Assembly (NCBI GenBank): GCA_028279725.1
Contig: JANQNE010000011.1
Coordinates: forward strand, 25,872 to 89,871
DNA: 64,000 nucleotides
Source: Candidatus Nanoarchaeia archaeon
GTDB lineage: Archaea > Nanobdellota > Nanobdellia > Woesearchaeales > JANQNE01
Reading direction: 5' to 3'
Part shown: positions 48,760 to 59,654 of the stretch, piece by piece
Numbering within the stretch: the first letter of the stretch is position 1
How the letters are laid out: each line of letters begins with the position of its first letter
Position numbers and translations under genes: made by a program
Notes under the pieces: model-generated
Told to the model about the DNA's origin: nothing
The model's input: only the letters and a program-made list of their open reading frames with translations
Databases searched by the model: none

Positions 48760-48904
48760 GAGTGCATATTGCGCTACGTACTAATTCTGTTTTTTGACTG
48801 ATTTCAGATTCCAGTGTCATAGATATTTACCTGAGTACTTCGCTTGCCAATATGCACCAGAATAAACAAAAGATTTATTAAATAAATAACTAATTCTTTT
48901 AAAT

Positions 48905-49603
48905 ATGAAAATTAATATTCAAAAAGAGGTATTTGATAAGTTAGATGGATTTAGTGTAGGTGTTGTTGTTTCTAAAGGTGTTGACAATAAGGTTGAAGAG
49001 AAAAGGATCGCTAAGCTTGTTTCTGAAGTTGAGAATATGATCAGGATGGATTTTATACCTGAGGAAGTTGCTAAGCATCAGCTGATATCCCCATGGAAAG
49101 CAGCATATTTTGATTTTGATGAAAGACCGAAAGGAATGCATAGCTCTGTTGAGAAGCTTATGAAAGCTGTTCTTGATGGAAAGAATATATTAGTTGTGAA
49201 TAAGCTTAAGGATATTGCAAATTATCTTTCTCTTAAACATATCATACCTGTAAGTATCCATGATTCAAGGATGTTCAACGGAGATATTGCTATTAAGAAA
49301 GCTGCTGCAAGAGAGCATTTCAAAGTTATAGGAAAGGATGTGAAGCATCCTGCTAAAGGAGAGATTATCATCAAAGATAAACTAGAAGTCTTGTGCAGGA
49401 AGTTCGGGCTTGAGAAAGCAGAGAAGACCAGATTGAGAAAAGATACAAAAGATGTTGTTGTATTTGTGTTTGGACTTAAGCCAATATCTGGAAAGAAATT
49501 AGTTGAAGTGTGCAAGGATATGTCTGGAATGCTTGATTCATTTTGTGGTGGAGAGAGCAAGTATTACATATTGAACAAAAATAATTCTGAAGTTGATGTT
49601 TAA
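48905..49603 (+). CDS. Possible stand-alone B3/B4 tRNA-binding domain protein
   Basis: ~230 aa with an N-terminal F..L.GFSVGVVVSKGVDN pattern typical of stand-alone B3/4 proteins. Overlaps the argS start. Assignment is tentative. Confidence 0.4.
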   Translation: MKINIQKEVFDKLDGFSVGVVVSKGVDNKVEEKRIAKLVSEVENMIRMDFIPEEVAKHQLISPWKAAYFDFDERPKGMHSSVEKLMKAVLDGKNILVVNKLKDIANYLSLKHIIPVSIHDSRMFNGDIAIKKAAAREHFKVIGKDVKHPAKGEIIIKDKLEVLCRKFGLEKAEKTRLRKDTKDVVVFVFGLKPISGKKLVEVCKDMSGMLDSFCGGESKYYILNKNNSEVDV

Positions 49604-51299
49604 AATGGACAAATATGAGAAAGAAGTGCTGGATCTTCTTAAGAAAGAGCTGAAAAAGGAGGTTAGTCTATCTAGACCGCCTGACAGCGCTATGGGAGAT
49701 TATGCTTTTCCGTGCTTTGTTCTTGCTAAAGACATGAAGAAAGCTCCTAATGTAATTGCTGAAGAGCTTGCTGGAAAGCTTAAAGTTTCTGGGAATATAG
49801 AGAGGATAGAATCTAAAGGGCCTTATCTGAATTTTTTTATGAAGAAAGGAAGTGTTGCTTCTGATGCATTGAAGAAGATCTTTAAAGATGGAGCAGAGTT
49901 TGGAAGAGTTTCTGGAAAGAAAAAGGTTGTTATAGAATATCCCGGACCTAATACAAATAAGCCATTGCACTTAGGGCATGTAAGGAATATGGCTTTGGGT
50001 TATTCTATGAGCAGGATACTTTCTGCTGCAGGAAATAATGTTATTACTGTGAATATCAATAATGACAGAGGGATACATATATGTAAATCTATGCTTGCTT
50101 ACAAAAAATGGGGAAAGAATGATTCTCCTGAAAAATCAAAGATGAAGAGTGATTTTTTTGTTGGAAAGTATTATGTCAAGTTTGCTGAAGAGCTTAAGAA
50201 GAATCCTGATCTTGAGAATGAAGCTTTAGAGATGCTGGAGAAGTGGGAGCAAGGTGATAAAGAAGTTGTTGCTCTCTGGAAAAAGATGAACAAATGGGCT
50301 TTTGATGGATTCAAAAAGACGTATAAAACATTTGATGTTAAGTTTGAGAAAGAATATTTTGAAAGCGAGACATATAAGAAAGGAAAAGATATTGTCATGG
50401 ATGGATTGAAGAAAGGAATCTTTGAGAAAGATGAGGATGGAGCTGTTGTAGCTGATCTTGAGAAAGAAGGGTTTGGAAAGAAAGTTTTGTTAAGGGCTAA
50501 TGGAACAACTGTTTATGTTACGCAAGATCTTTTTTTAGCTAAGCAGAAATTTGATGATTTTAAGTATGATAAGTCTATATATGTTGTTGCAACAGAGCAG
50601 AACTATCATTTTAAAGTTCTGTTTACTTTATTGAAGAAGCTTAATTTTCCTTTTGCTGATAAATGCCATCATTTTGCTTATGGAATGGTCAATCTGACTA
50701 CAGGAAAGATGAAGTCCAGAGAGGGAACAGTTGTTGATGCTGATAATCTTGTCGATGAGATGGTTGCAATTGCAAAAGAAGAGACTAAGAAAAGGCATAA
50801 GGATATTTCTGAGAAGGAGTTAGATAAGAGAGCTAAGCAGATCGCTATGGCAGCTATAAGATTTTATTTGCTTAAGAGTGATTCTATCAAAGATATACTG
50901 TTTGACCCTAAGGAATCTATATCTTTTGAAGGAGAGACTGGGCCTTATGTTCAGTATGTTCATGCAAGATGTTGTAGTGTTTTGAAGAAAGCTAAACTGG
51001 AAGTTGATGCTAAGGTTGATTTTGAGCTGTTGAAAGAAAAGCAGGAGCAAGAACTGGTCAGTATGCTGAATGAATTTCCATCAGTTGTTGCAAACAGTGC
51101 AAAGAATTATAAACCTTCATTGATTACAAGATATTTATTGGATCTTTGCCAGTCATTCAACAATTTTTATCATTGTTTTCCTGTGATACAGGATGATAAG
51201 AAATTAGAGAAAGCAAGATTACTGCTTGTTGATTGCGTAAGGTCTGTTGTTGAGAACGGCTTGGATCTTCTGGGGATAGAAGCTCCGAGAACTATGTAA
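49593..51299 (+). CDS. argS: Arginyl-tRNA synthetase
   Basis: HIGH motif PNTNKPLHLGHVRN. N-terminal Arg_tRNA_synt_N-like region. C-terminal DALR-like anticodon-binding domain. 568 aa. Confidence 0.85.
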   Translation: MMFKMDKYEKEVLDLLKKELKKEVSLSRPPDSAMGDYAFPCFVLAKDMKKAPNVIAEELAGKLKVSGNIERIESKGPYLNFFMKKGSVASDALKKIFKDGAEFGRVSGKKKVVIEYPGPNTNKPLHLGHVRNMALGYSMSRILSAAGNNVITVNINNDRGIHICKSMLAYKKWGKNDSPEKSKMKSDFFVGKYYVKFAEELKKNPDLENEALEMLEKWEQGDKEVVALWKKMNKWAFDGFKKTYKTFDVKFEKEYFESETYKKGKDIVMDGLKKGIFEKDEDGAVVADLEKEGFGKKVLLRANGTTVYVTQDLFLAKQKFDDFKYDKSIYVVATEQNYHFKVLFTLLKKLNFPFADKCHHFAYGMVNLTTGKMKSREGTVVDADNLVDEMVAIAKEETKKRHKDISEKELDKRAKQIAMAAIRFYLLKSDSIKDILFDPKESISFEGETGPYVQYVHARCCSVLKKAKLEVDAKVDFELLKEKQEQELVSMLNEFPSVVANSAKNYKPSLITRYLLDLCQSFNNFYHCFPVIQDDKKLEKARLLLVDCVRSVVENGLDLLGIEAPRTM

Positions 51300-51312
51300 A
51301 AAGAGGTGTAAG

Positions 51313-52539
51313 ATGTTTGATCAGATAATAGTATTGGTTATATTGATCTTACTTTCTGGATTCTTTTCTGGAGTAGAGATAGCCCTGTTTTCATTGAGTA
51401 AACTGAAGCTTAGGCATATGGTAGAGAAGAAAGTTATGAATGCGCATATCATCCAGAAGCTTAAAGATAACCCTCAGAGGTTGTTGATCACTATACTTAT
51501 AGGGAATAATGTTGTGAATATATTAGCAAGCGTTTATGCGACAACTGTTGCTATCAGCATGTCTGAAAGCAATGTAGTCGGTATTGTTACTGGAGTTATG
51601 ACTTTCCTGATATTGGTGTTTGGAGAGATAATACCAAAGAGTGTTGCAACAACACACTCACAGATAATATCGCAGATTGTTGCAAAGCCTATTTTATGGA
51701 TGCAATATCTTTTGTTTCCTCTGATAATCGTGTTTGAAGTGATCGCTAAGCTTGGAACTTTGGTTTTTGGGAAGAAGGATATCCCAATTGTTACTGAAGA
51801 AGAGGTTAAGAGCATAATTGCAGCTGGTGAAGAGGAAGGAGAGATCAAGGAAGCAGAGAAAGAGATGATAGAGAGGGTTTTTAAGTTTGATGATGTCAGT
51901 GCAGATGAGATAATGACTCCAAGGAATGATATGATTGTTGTCAGCAGGAAGGCAAGCTTAAGTGAAGCTGTGAAGAAGATGATGAGGAGCGGATTTTCAA
52001 GGCTGCCAGTATATGAAAAGACAAGAGATAAAATCGTAGGAATCGTCCATCTTAAGGATGTTGTTGATGTTATGAAGAACAAGAAGAAAAAGGTTGAGAC
52101 TATAATGAAAGAACCTGATTTTGTCCCTGAATCAAAGAAGACGGATAATCTTTTGAAGCATTTTCAGAGGAAAAAATCACATATGTCGCTTGTTGTTGAT
52201 GAGCATGGTATTGTCCAGGGGTTAGTCACTCTTGAAGATGTTTTGGAAGAGATTGTCGGTGAGATACTGGATGAAAGAGATAAGGTTGAGCCTGATCTTA
52301 CCAAGATAAAAAGGAATGAATGGCTTGTTATGGGGAAGATGGATGTTGATGATTTCTTCAAGAAGTTCAAGATAAGGAAAGTTAAAGAGCCGGATTATGA
52401 GACAGCAGGCGGTTATGTTATAAGCAGGCTTGGATTTATACCTGAGAAAGGGGATGTTTTAGACCTTAAGAATTTCAGGATAACTGTAGAAGAGATGAAG
52501 GCTCAGAGGCTGTGCAGCTTTAAGATTGTGAAGAAGTAG
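51313..52539 (+). CDS. CNNM/CorC-family transporter (DUF21 + CBS pair + CorC_HlyC)
   Basis: Four N-terminal TM helices. Tandem CBS domains. C-terminal CorC/HlyC transporter-associated domain. Confidence 0.8.
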   Translation: MFDQIIVLVILILLSGFFSGVEIALFSLSKLKLRHMVEKKVMNAHIIQKLKDNPQRLLITILIGNNVVNILASVYATTVAISMSESNVVGIVTGVMTFLILVFGEIIPKSVATTHSQIISQIVAKPILWMQYLLFPLIIVFEVIAKLGTLVFGKKDIPIVTEEEVKSIIAAGEEEGEIKEAEKEMIERVFKFDDVSADEIMTPRNDMIVVSRKASLSEAVKKMMRSGFSRLPVYEKTRDKIVGIVHLKDVVDVMKNKKKKVETIMKEPDFVPESKKTDNLLKHFQRKKSHMSLVVDEHGIVQGLVTLEDVLEEIVGEILDERDKVEPDLTKIKRNEWLVMGKMDVDDFFKKFKIRKVKEPDYETAGGYVISRLGFIPEKGDVLDLKNFRITVEEMKAQRLCSFKIVKK

Positions 52540-53023
52540 CAAAACAAAGCAAAGCATAGAACCCTTCCTTGTTCTGCAATAATATATTCTCAGTTGATTG
52601 TCTTGTTGATTTTTCTCTTTTTATCTCTCTGAAATGTTTTTCCGCTATCTTTGATAGATCGTTAAATGTCTTTAGGCTTCCACTCCTTTTCTTAAAGAGC
52701 AATGCATTGGTAAGATCGTCAGGGCTGTTAAAGTCCTTTATAGTTGGACTGTTGTATTCTTCAGAGTGTATGAATTTCATATAAGGATATTCTGGGTTGG
52801 AGATGTTCGGGGTTATTCTGTTGCCTATCTTTGTAGTATGGACAAAATGCCCGTCCTTCCTGGATAAAGTCCTTATGCAGAGGTTGTTTCCTGAATCAAC
52901 CATATAAGCACAGGAGATCATACCTTCACATAATGCAGTTGCATGCGATTCAGAAGAAGAATATATGTGGAAGTGATCTGTCCTTCTATCCCTCGCCGGA
53001 AGCTTAAGTAATCTGTATCTCAT
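52520..53023 (-). CDS. Hypothetical protein
   Basis: 167-aa ORF convergent with the CorC gene. No motif recognized. Confidence 0.3.
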   Translation of the reverse strand: MRYRLLKLPARDRRTDHFHIYSSSESHATALCEGMISCAYMVDSGNNLCIRTLSRKDGHFVHTTKIGNRITPNISNPEYPYMKFIHSEEYNSPTIKDFNSPDDLTNALLFKKRSGSLKTFNDLSKIAEKHFREIKREKSTRQSTENILLQNKEGFYALLCFATSSQS

Positions 53024-53075
53024 CTTTGCTTTTAGTGTGTTTTTCTTTAAAAAAGTAACTATTTTAAAATGCTAA

Positions 53076-54496
<1,421 letters not shown>

Positions 54497-54503
54497 TTCT
54501 TGT

Positions 54504-55877
54504 TTATATAATATTTAATTGTAATCTTCTTTCTATCTCTTTACCAATCAACCTGTAATATTCTTTTAATGTAATTTCTCCATAATCTTTTCTTGCAGCC
54601 CTGTCGATGTAATAACACAGAGTGGTATTTAAGTAGTGATCATACATTCCTGTTGTTCCTAACAGGCTATCAAGTTTTCTAACACCTATATCAATCACTT
54701 CGATATAACGCGGAATTGGCATCTTATTATGCCTTACTAAGATGCTAGGGTCCTTACCATAGATATATTTCTTCATTTTCTTTGCATAAAAATCAAGCAG
54801 TTCTCTTCTGTCAACCGGAACTTTAACATTCAGATGGTGGGATTTAACACATATGCATCTTTCTTCTAATCTTTGCCCAGTCCTGTAATCATAAACATGT
54901 TTTAATGCGATAACTTCATAGTTTTTTTCTCTTTTTCTGATTGCAGCAAGTTCATCATCTGTTAGTTTTATAGCAACAGCATTAAATTTATGACCTATGG
55001 AAGCAGAAATGTTCAGTACAGCAACTCTATTTGCCTTAATATCTTCATCTGTTTCCCATTTCTTTCTGGTGGCGATCTTGTTAAATACTCTTTTATAACC
55101 TACCACCCACACAGGTGTTAATCTGGCTTTGAATTCTGCAGCTAAATCCTTTATAGGAGTTCCTGCTTTTTCTAAAGTTGATCTTAGTTCATCTATAGTT
55201 TCATCTGCATTCATCAGGCTGCCATAGCCAACCAAAGAATATGTGAAATTTCTTGGGTATTCTTCTTCAATATTTTTGGTCTCTTCTTTAGCAATCTCTG
55301 CTAATTCCTTTTCTTTTCCCAGGATTATCCCTTCTTGTCTGATGAGGGTCTCAAATTCATGAAAGTTCTTGATGAAAGAAGGGGGATTATCTAGGTGTTT
55401 TTTTAACCACCCCATCTGTTTTTGTAATACTGAAACCAGATTCCTTAGACTTTCGTGAAGGATATTAAGATCTGAATATTCCCGAAGAGTTAATTTAAAC
55501 AACTTCCTATTAGTTTTCCATCTAACCAGCAGGTCCTTTAAGATGTTTAATGCCTTACTTGAATATTTTTCCTCTGTTTTCTCATAATTTTCTTCAAGCC
55601 CAATAACCCGTAGAAGTTTCCTTGTTTCATTAAAGATGGCCTTTCCACCAAATGCAGTGATTTTACCTTTTTTCTGCTCGTCTCTACATCTTTTGATAAA
55701 AGCCAGTTTTCTCCTGTACCTGTCTTCCAAAGAATAAAATACCTTTAGCATGTCCTTTAAATTATCATCCAGTTTGTTTAACATATTAGAACTTTTTTTT
55801 GAGATGAATATGTCAAATATCATATAGGTGGGAAATATGTGGGTGAGGTATATAAAATTTTCTACTCGTCTGATCAA
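54504..55877 (-). CDS. Hypothetical protein with a central ChaC/gamma-glutamyl cyclotransferase (GGCT)-like domain
   Basis: SLVGYGSLMNADE resembles ChaC (V)FGYGSLMW / GGCT YFAYGSN. Downstream VVGYKRVFNK resembles ChaC GYRRxF. ~200-aa unknown N-terminal region. Confidence 0.45.
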   Translation of the reverse strand: MIRRVENFIYLTHIFPTYMIFDIFISKKSSNMLNKLDDNLKDMLKVFYSLEDRYRRKLAFIKRCRDEQKKGKITAFGGKAIFNETRKLLRVIGLEENYEKTEEKYSSKALNILKDLLVRWKTNRKLFKLTLREYSDLNILHESLRNLVSVLQKQMGWLKKHLDNPPSFIKNFHEFETLIRQEGIILGKEKELAEIAKEETKNIEEEYPRNFTYSLVGYGSLMNADETIDELRSTLEKAGTPIKDLAAEFKARLTPVWVVGYKRVFNKIATRKKWETDEDIKANRVAVLNISASIGHKFNAVAIKLTDDELAAIRKREKNYEVIALKHVYDYRTGQRLEERCICVKSHHLNVKVPVDRRELLDFYAKKMKKYIYGKDPSILVRHNKMPIPRYIEVIDIGVRKLDSLLGTTGMYDHYLNTTLCYYIDRAARKDYGEITLKEYYRLIGKEIERRLQLNII

Positions 55878-55917
55878 AAGAAAAAATATTTAAACCCCTG
55901 TTACTTTAGCCTTATAA

Positions 55918-56928
55918 ATGGAAAAACGAAAAAGAGGAAGGAAAGACAAAAAGCTAGTTCTGTTCAGGAAGTTGAAAAAGATAGAGAGTGAGGTATTTAA
56001 TGACGGGTTTACATACCTGGTAAGCTTATTGAGATATCCAAATCACAGGAGTTTCCAGTACGGGACTTTAGAGCATATATACAAGAAAAGGAATGAGGGT
56101 TCTTTCAAGAATTTCTTTTTTGATAAGAAGTTGTATCAGCTTGTTAAGAAGGAGATTGAAATTCTTTATCCAAAATATAAAAGGATAAGGATAATCATAA
56201 CAAGGTATGGTATAATGGTGTGTGATAATTATAGGCCTAATAACTTTAATGTGTTGCTTCTGACTATCCATGCCGGAAGGTGGGCTCCTGAGAATATCGA
56301 AAAGAAGATGAGATTGACCAGGACAGGAAGGTTTAGGGAGGAAGATATCGACTCTGACAGGATATATTCTAATATTGTTCTTGAGAGAGGAGGTATATGG
56401 ATCAACTCTAAACTTTCAAGATATGTCTGTGACCTTAACAGGCCACAGAACAGGTGCATATATTTCAAGAAAGATGAGAAATGGATAGATAACGATATCT
56501 GGGATGATGATCTTACAAATAAAGAGATAACACAGATAAACAGGTGGCATCAGGATTTTTATGTTACACTACATAAAGTGTTGGAGACGTATAAGTTCAA
56601 TATAATATTTGACGGGCATACTATGAAAGACAGGCCTGGAAGACCAACGATAAGTTTTGGTACAAAGCATATATCTCCATTCTATATGCCTGTTGTGAGA
56701 GCGATGAAAAACAGGCTTAAGAAAGTGGGGTATAAAGATACTTTTTTCAACAGGCCTTATGGCGGTGGTTTCATTTTGAAATGGCTGAAGACCAAATTCC
56801 AGGATAAGTTTATATTCTCTATGGAGATAAACAAGAAAGAATATATGAATAAAGACAGGACTAAGACAAAGAAGGATAAGGTTGAAAGGTTAAGCCATGA
56901 GATAACACAGATATTTGATATAAAATGA
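55918..56928 (+). CDS. Possible N-formylglutamate amidohydrolase (FGase)-like zinc hydrolase
   Basis: LLLTIHAGRWAP and IFDGHTMKD resemble FGase-family motifs. Assignment is tentative. Confidence 0.35.
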   Translation: MEKRKRGRKDKKLVLFRKLKKIESEVFNDGFTYLVSLLRYPNHRSFQYGTLEHIYKKRNEGSFKNFFFDKKLYQLVKKEIEILYPKYKRIRIIITRYGIMVCDNYRPNNFNVLLLTIHAGRWAPENIEKKMRLTRTGRFREEDIDSDRIYSNIVLERGGIWINSKLSRYVCDLNRPQNRCIYFKKDEKWIDNDIWDDDLTNKEITQINRWHQDFYVTLHKVLETYKFNIIFDGHTMKDRPGRPTISFGTKHISPFYMPVVRAMKNRLKKVGYKDTFFNRPYGGGFILKWLKTKFQDKFIFSMEINKKEYMNKDRTKTKKDKVERLSHEITQIFDIK

Positions 56929-58325
56929 AGATAATAAACACGACAAAGAAGCAGAGCAATAAAAGGCCTTTGAAAAAGGCAAAGACCGGGCTGGAAGTAG
57001 AGATGTTTGTCATAGATAAAAAAGGAGATATGACACAGAAAGGATATTCTCTTGTGAAAAATGTCAAGAAAATAGAGGGAGAAGTTGAGATTGTAAAAGA
57101 AGTCGGAATGAATATGATCGAGTTCGGGTGTTATCCTAGTGTTAATACATACAACCCCGCGTTGGAACTGATCGAGTCTATAGAGAAGACAATAAAGATT
57201 GCAAAGAAAGATGGATTATTGCTATATCCTTTTGGAACTTATCCTGGAACCTCTGAATCAAAGCTTACTCCAGACACAAGAGGGCACTATAAGATCAAGA
57301 AGAAGATATTTGGAGATAAGAAATTTCCATTAGCAACAAAAGCGATAGGATTTCATCATCACTATGCTCTTCCTAAAGGGGTGTTTAATTACGAGAAGAA
57401 GGAATTAAAATTATTGATTGACAGTAAGTTGAAGAGAAGTTTGTTGAATTGCTATAATTTTGAGATCGCTATAGATCCTATATTGACGTTATTGACGCAA
57501 TCATCTCCATTTTTTGAAGGAGAACAGCTTGCTAAGGATTCGAGGATGCTGATATATAGGGGAGGAAAGAAACTAAAGTATAAGAAAGGGCTGTATCATA
57601 AGTTCCAGATATTAGGTGGGCTTCCTCCATATAAGCAGACTGAGACTGACCTGATAAGAAGTATCAAGAGGAGACAGCAGAAATGGAAGAGGCTTATAAG
57701 AAAGGCTGACAAGACTGTGAAGTTCAGGAAGATGTATCCGTTCAAGATGGATATAGGATGGAATCCTATAAAGATCAACAAGCATGGAACTTTGGAGGAA
57801 AGAGGGATGGACATGAACTACATGTCTATACTTCTTGGAGTCTCTGCTTTGATCAAGTTCTGTCTTAAGAAGATACAGAGAGATTTTATCGAGGTCATAC
57901 CTTCTGATATCGGGATAAAGGAGCCTTTCAAGATAAGGAAAGGTGTGATGTTTATCCCGCCGCATACACATATCAGGGAAAACTTACAGAAAGCCAGCGC
58001 TTATGAAGGATTTGATAATGATGAGCTTTACGAATATACAAAAGCATTCTATAAGCTTGCAAAGAGCTTGTCAAGAAAGATCTATTATCCTTTGTTTGAA
58101 AGGATCGAAGGGATGATAGAGAAAAGAAAGTCTGTCTCTGATGAGATCATCGATTATGCTAAGAGGAAGAAATTAATCAATGGTGATGGAAAGATATCAA
58201 ACAAGAATGCAAAAGTTCTTGCATTGTATCTGTCTAAGAAGTTTGAGAGGGACCTTAAGGAGACAAAGAAGATAGTAAAGGAGATAATGACGAAGCATAA
58301 AAGACAGATCAAGACTAAAAGATGA
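56925..58325 (+). CDS. GCS2 (YbdK-like) family carboxylate-amine ligase; putative gamma-glutamyl ligase
   Basis: GLEVEMFVID matches the YbdK GIELEMQVVN nucleotide/metal-binding motif. Basic N-terminal extension. Start overlaps the FGase-like stop. Confidence 0.5.
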   Translation: MKIINTTKKQSNKRPLKKAKTGLEVEMFVIDKKGDMTQKGYSLVKNVKKIEGEVEIVKEVGMNMIEFGCYPSVNTYNPALELIESIEKTIKIAKKDGLLLYPFGTYPGTSESKLTPDTRGHYKIKKKIFGDKKFPLATKAIGFHHHYALPKGVFNYEKKELKLLIDSKLKRSLLNCYNFEIAIDPILTLLTQSSPFFEGEQLAKDSRMLIYRGGKKLKYKKGLYHKFQILGGLPPYKQTETDLIRSIKRRQQKWKRLIRKADKTVKFRKMYPFKMDIGWNPIKINKHGTLEERGMDMNYMSILLGVSALIKFCLKKIQRDFIEVIPSDIGIKEPFKIRKGVMFIPPHTHIRENLQKASAYEGFDNDELYEYTKAFYKLAKSLSRKIYYPLFERIEGMIEKRKSVSDEIIDYAKRKKLINGDGKISNKNAKVLALYLSKKFERDLKETKKIVKEIMTKHKRQIKTKR

Positions 58326-58969
58326 TAAAGGCTATCGTATTTGATATGGACGGAGTAATAGTTGATTCTGAGAAGTTGCACTTTCAGGCCTGGAAAATTC
58401 TTTTTAAGCAGGAGAAAGGTATTGAGATCGATGAAAAATATTTTAAGAAGATGGTCGGAACTACAGATCTTTTTACAGTCAGACATTTTTTCAGGAAATA
58501 TAAGATAAGGGGAAATATCCAGGAATGGAGGATGAAGAAGAAAAGAATCATACTCAAGATGTTTAGGGAGAAAGGGAAGATCTTTCCAGGGGTTAAACAT
58601 ATTATCAGGAAGCTGAGCGCTAAGTATAAGATGGGATTAGCTACAGGAGCCTGGAGAGCATCAGCTAATGTTGTGATGAAGAAGTTTGATCTTAAGCAGT
58701 ATATCTCTAAGATGGTCACGAAAGAAGATGTCAGGAATCATAAGCCGCATCCTCAGGCTTATCAGAAGATGGCAAATCTTTTAGGGGTTGATGAGAAAGA
58801 GTGTGTTGTATTTGAGGATTCTGTGCCTGGAATATTGGCTGCAAAAAGAGCTAAATGCAAATGTATCGCTGTTACAAACAGCCATCCTGCAGCAAAGCTG
58901 AAGAAAGCTGACCTGGTTGTGAAGGATCTTAGGGATAAGAGGATAGGAAAGTTTATTAGTTCTTTATAG
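58322..58969 (+). CDS. HAD-superfamily hydrolase (beta-phosphoglucomutase/phosphatase subfamily IA)
   Basis: AIVFDMDGVIVDSE motif I. Motif II TG. Motif IV FEDS..G. Start overlaps the GCS2 stop. Confidence 0.8.
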   Translation: MIKAIVFDMDGVIVDSEKLHFQAWKILFKQEKGIEIDEKYFKKMVGTTDLFTVRHFFRKYKIRGNIQEWRMKKKRIILKMFREKGKIFPGVKHIIRKLSAKYKMGLATGAWRASANVVMKKFDLKQYISKMVTKEDVRNHKPHPQAYQKMANLLGVDEKECVVFEDSVPGILAAKRAKCKCIAVTNSHPAAKLKKADLVVKDLRDKRIGKFISSL

Positions 58970-59003
58970 TATACTGGTATACGTTTTTGTATATTATGTT
59001 GAT

Positions 59004-59097
59004 GGTATAGCACGCTTTGTCTGCTTCTGAAATGGCTGGAGAAGCAGATTTTAGTCAATACAGAAGCTGTATCTGAAGACTGCGCTTGGTGCTATAC
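59004..59097 (+). ncRNA. Candidate structured RNA element: a 9-bp closing helix enclosing two internal hairpins. Strand uncertain.
   Basis: GGTATAGCAC (59004-59013) pairs with GTGCTATAC (59089-59097). Inner hairpins: TCTGCTTCT/AGAAGCAGA, and ATACAG/CTGTAT with a 3-nt loop AAG. Locally GC-richer than the flanks. Between the HAD gene and rps17e. Confidence 0.3.
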
Positions 59098-59163
59098 TTT
59101 ATATCCGAAATATTTAAATAAAGAATCGAGATTTCTATCGCTACAAATAACAAGAGTGATAAC

Positions 59164-59355
59164 ATGGGAAGAATAAAAACAAAACTGGTAAAAAGAATAA
59201 CAAACGAACTGATAAAACAGTACGGAGAAAACTTCAAGAAGGAGTTTGAAGAGAACAAGAAATTAGTAGAGAAATATTCCAGTGTTCCATCTGTAAAGAT
59301 GAGGAACATTATAGCTGGATATGTAACAAGACAGATGAAGAATAACGAAGAGTGA
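59164..59355 (+). CDS. rps17e: Ribosomal protein S17e
   Basis: MGRIKTKLVKRITNELIKQY...VPSVKMRNIIAGYVTRQMK closely matches the S17e N-terminal domain. Confidence 0.85.
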   Translation: MGRIKTKLVKRITNELIKQYGENFKKEFEENKKLVEKYSSVPSVKMRNIIAGYVTRQMKNNEE

Positions 59356-59367
59356 GGTTGAGAGAAA

Positions 59368-59649
59368 ATGGCAGAAGACAATTCAATATTTGTGGGCGGA
59401 AAGCCGTTCATGAACTATGTGACAGCAGTGGTTATGCAGTTTACGACAAAGAATGCAGACGAAGTTTTGATAAAAGCAAGAGGAAAGTTTATTTCAAGAG
59501 CTGTAGATGTAGCGGAAGTCGCTGCAAAGAGATTCTTAGACGGGCAGATCGAGCCTAAAGAGATCAGAGTAGACAGTGAAGAGTTCCAGAATAAGGAAGG
59601 AAAACAGGTCAGAGTCTCTACAATCGAAATAATACTAGGAAGGAAGTGA
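59368..59649 (+). CDS. albA: Alba (Sso10b-family DNA/RNA-binding protein)
   Basis: SIFVGGKPFMNYVTAVVMQF...DEVLIKARGKFISRAVDVAEV is a close match to the archaeal Alba consensus. SD-like GGTTGAGAGAAA upstream. Confidence 0.85.
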   Translation: MAEDNSIFVGGKPFMNYVTAVVMQFTTKNADEVLIKARGKFISRAVDVAEVAAKRFLDGQIEPKEIRVDSEEFQNKEGKQVRVSTIEIILGRK

Positions 59650-59654
59650 TCTAA

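Noticed and set aside
58762-59058. 98-aa minus-strand ORF spanning the HAD gene end and the structured intergenic element
   Set aside because: It overlaps a confident HAD CDS and the GC-rich hairpin region and has no RBS. More likely a chance ORF created by the palindromic RNA structure.
58981-59100. Possible C/D-box sRNA upstream of rps17e
   Set aside because: No canonical C box (RUGAUGA) is present; the nearest is GTTGATGG. D-like CTGA motifs exist, but without a C box or a K-turn terminal stem the C/D assignment is not supported. Retained only as a generic structured-RNA candidate.
59352-59558. 68-aa ORF overlapping albA in another frame
   Set aside because: Alba in the alternative frame matches the family consensus almost residue-for-residue. 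The overlapping Cys/Arg-rich ORF is spurious.
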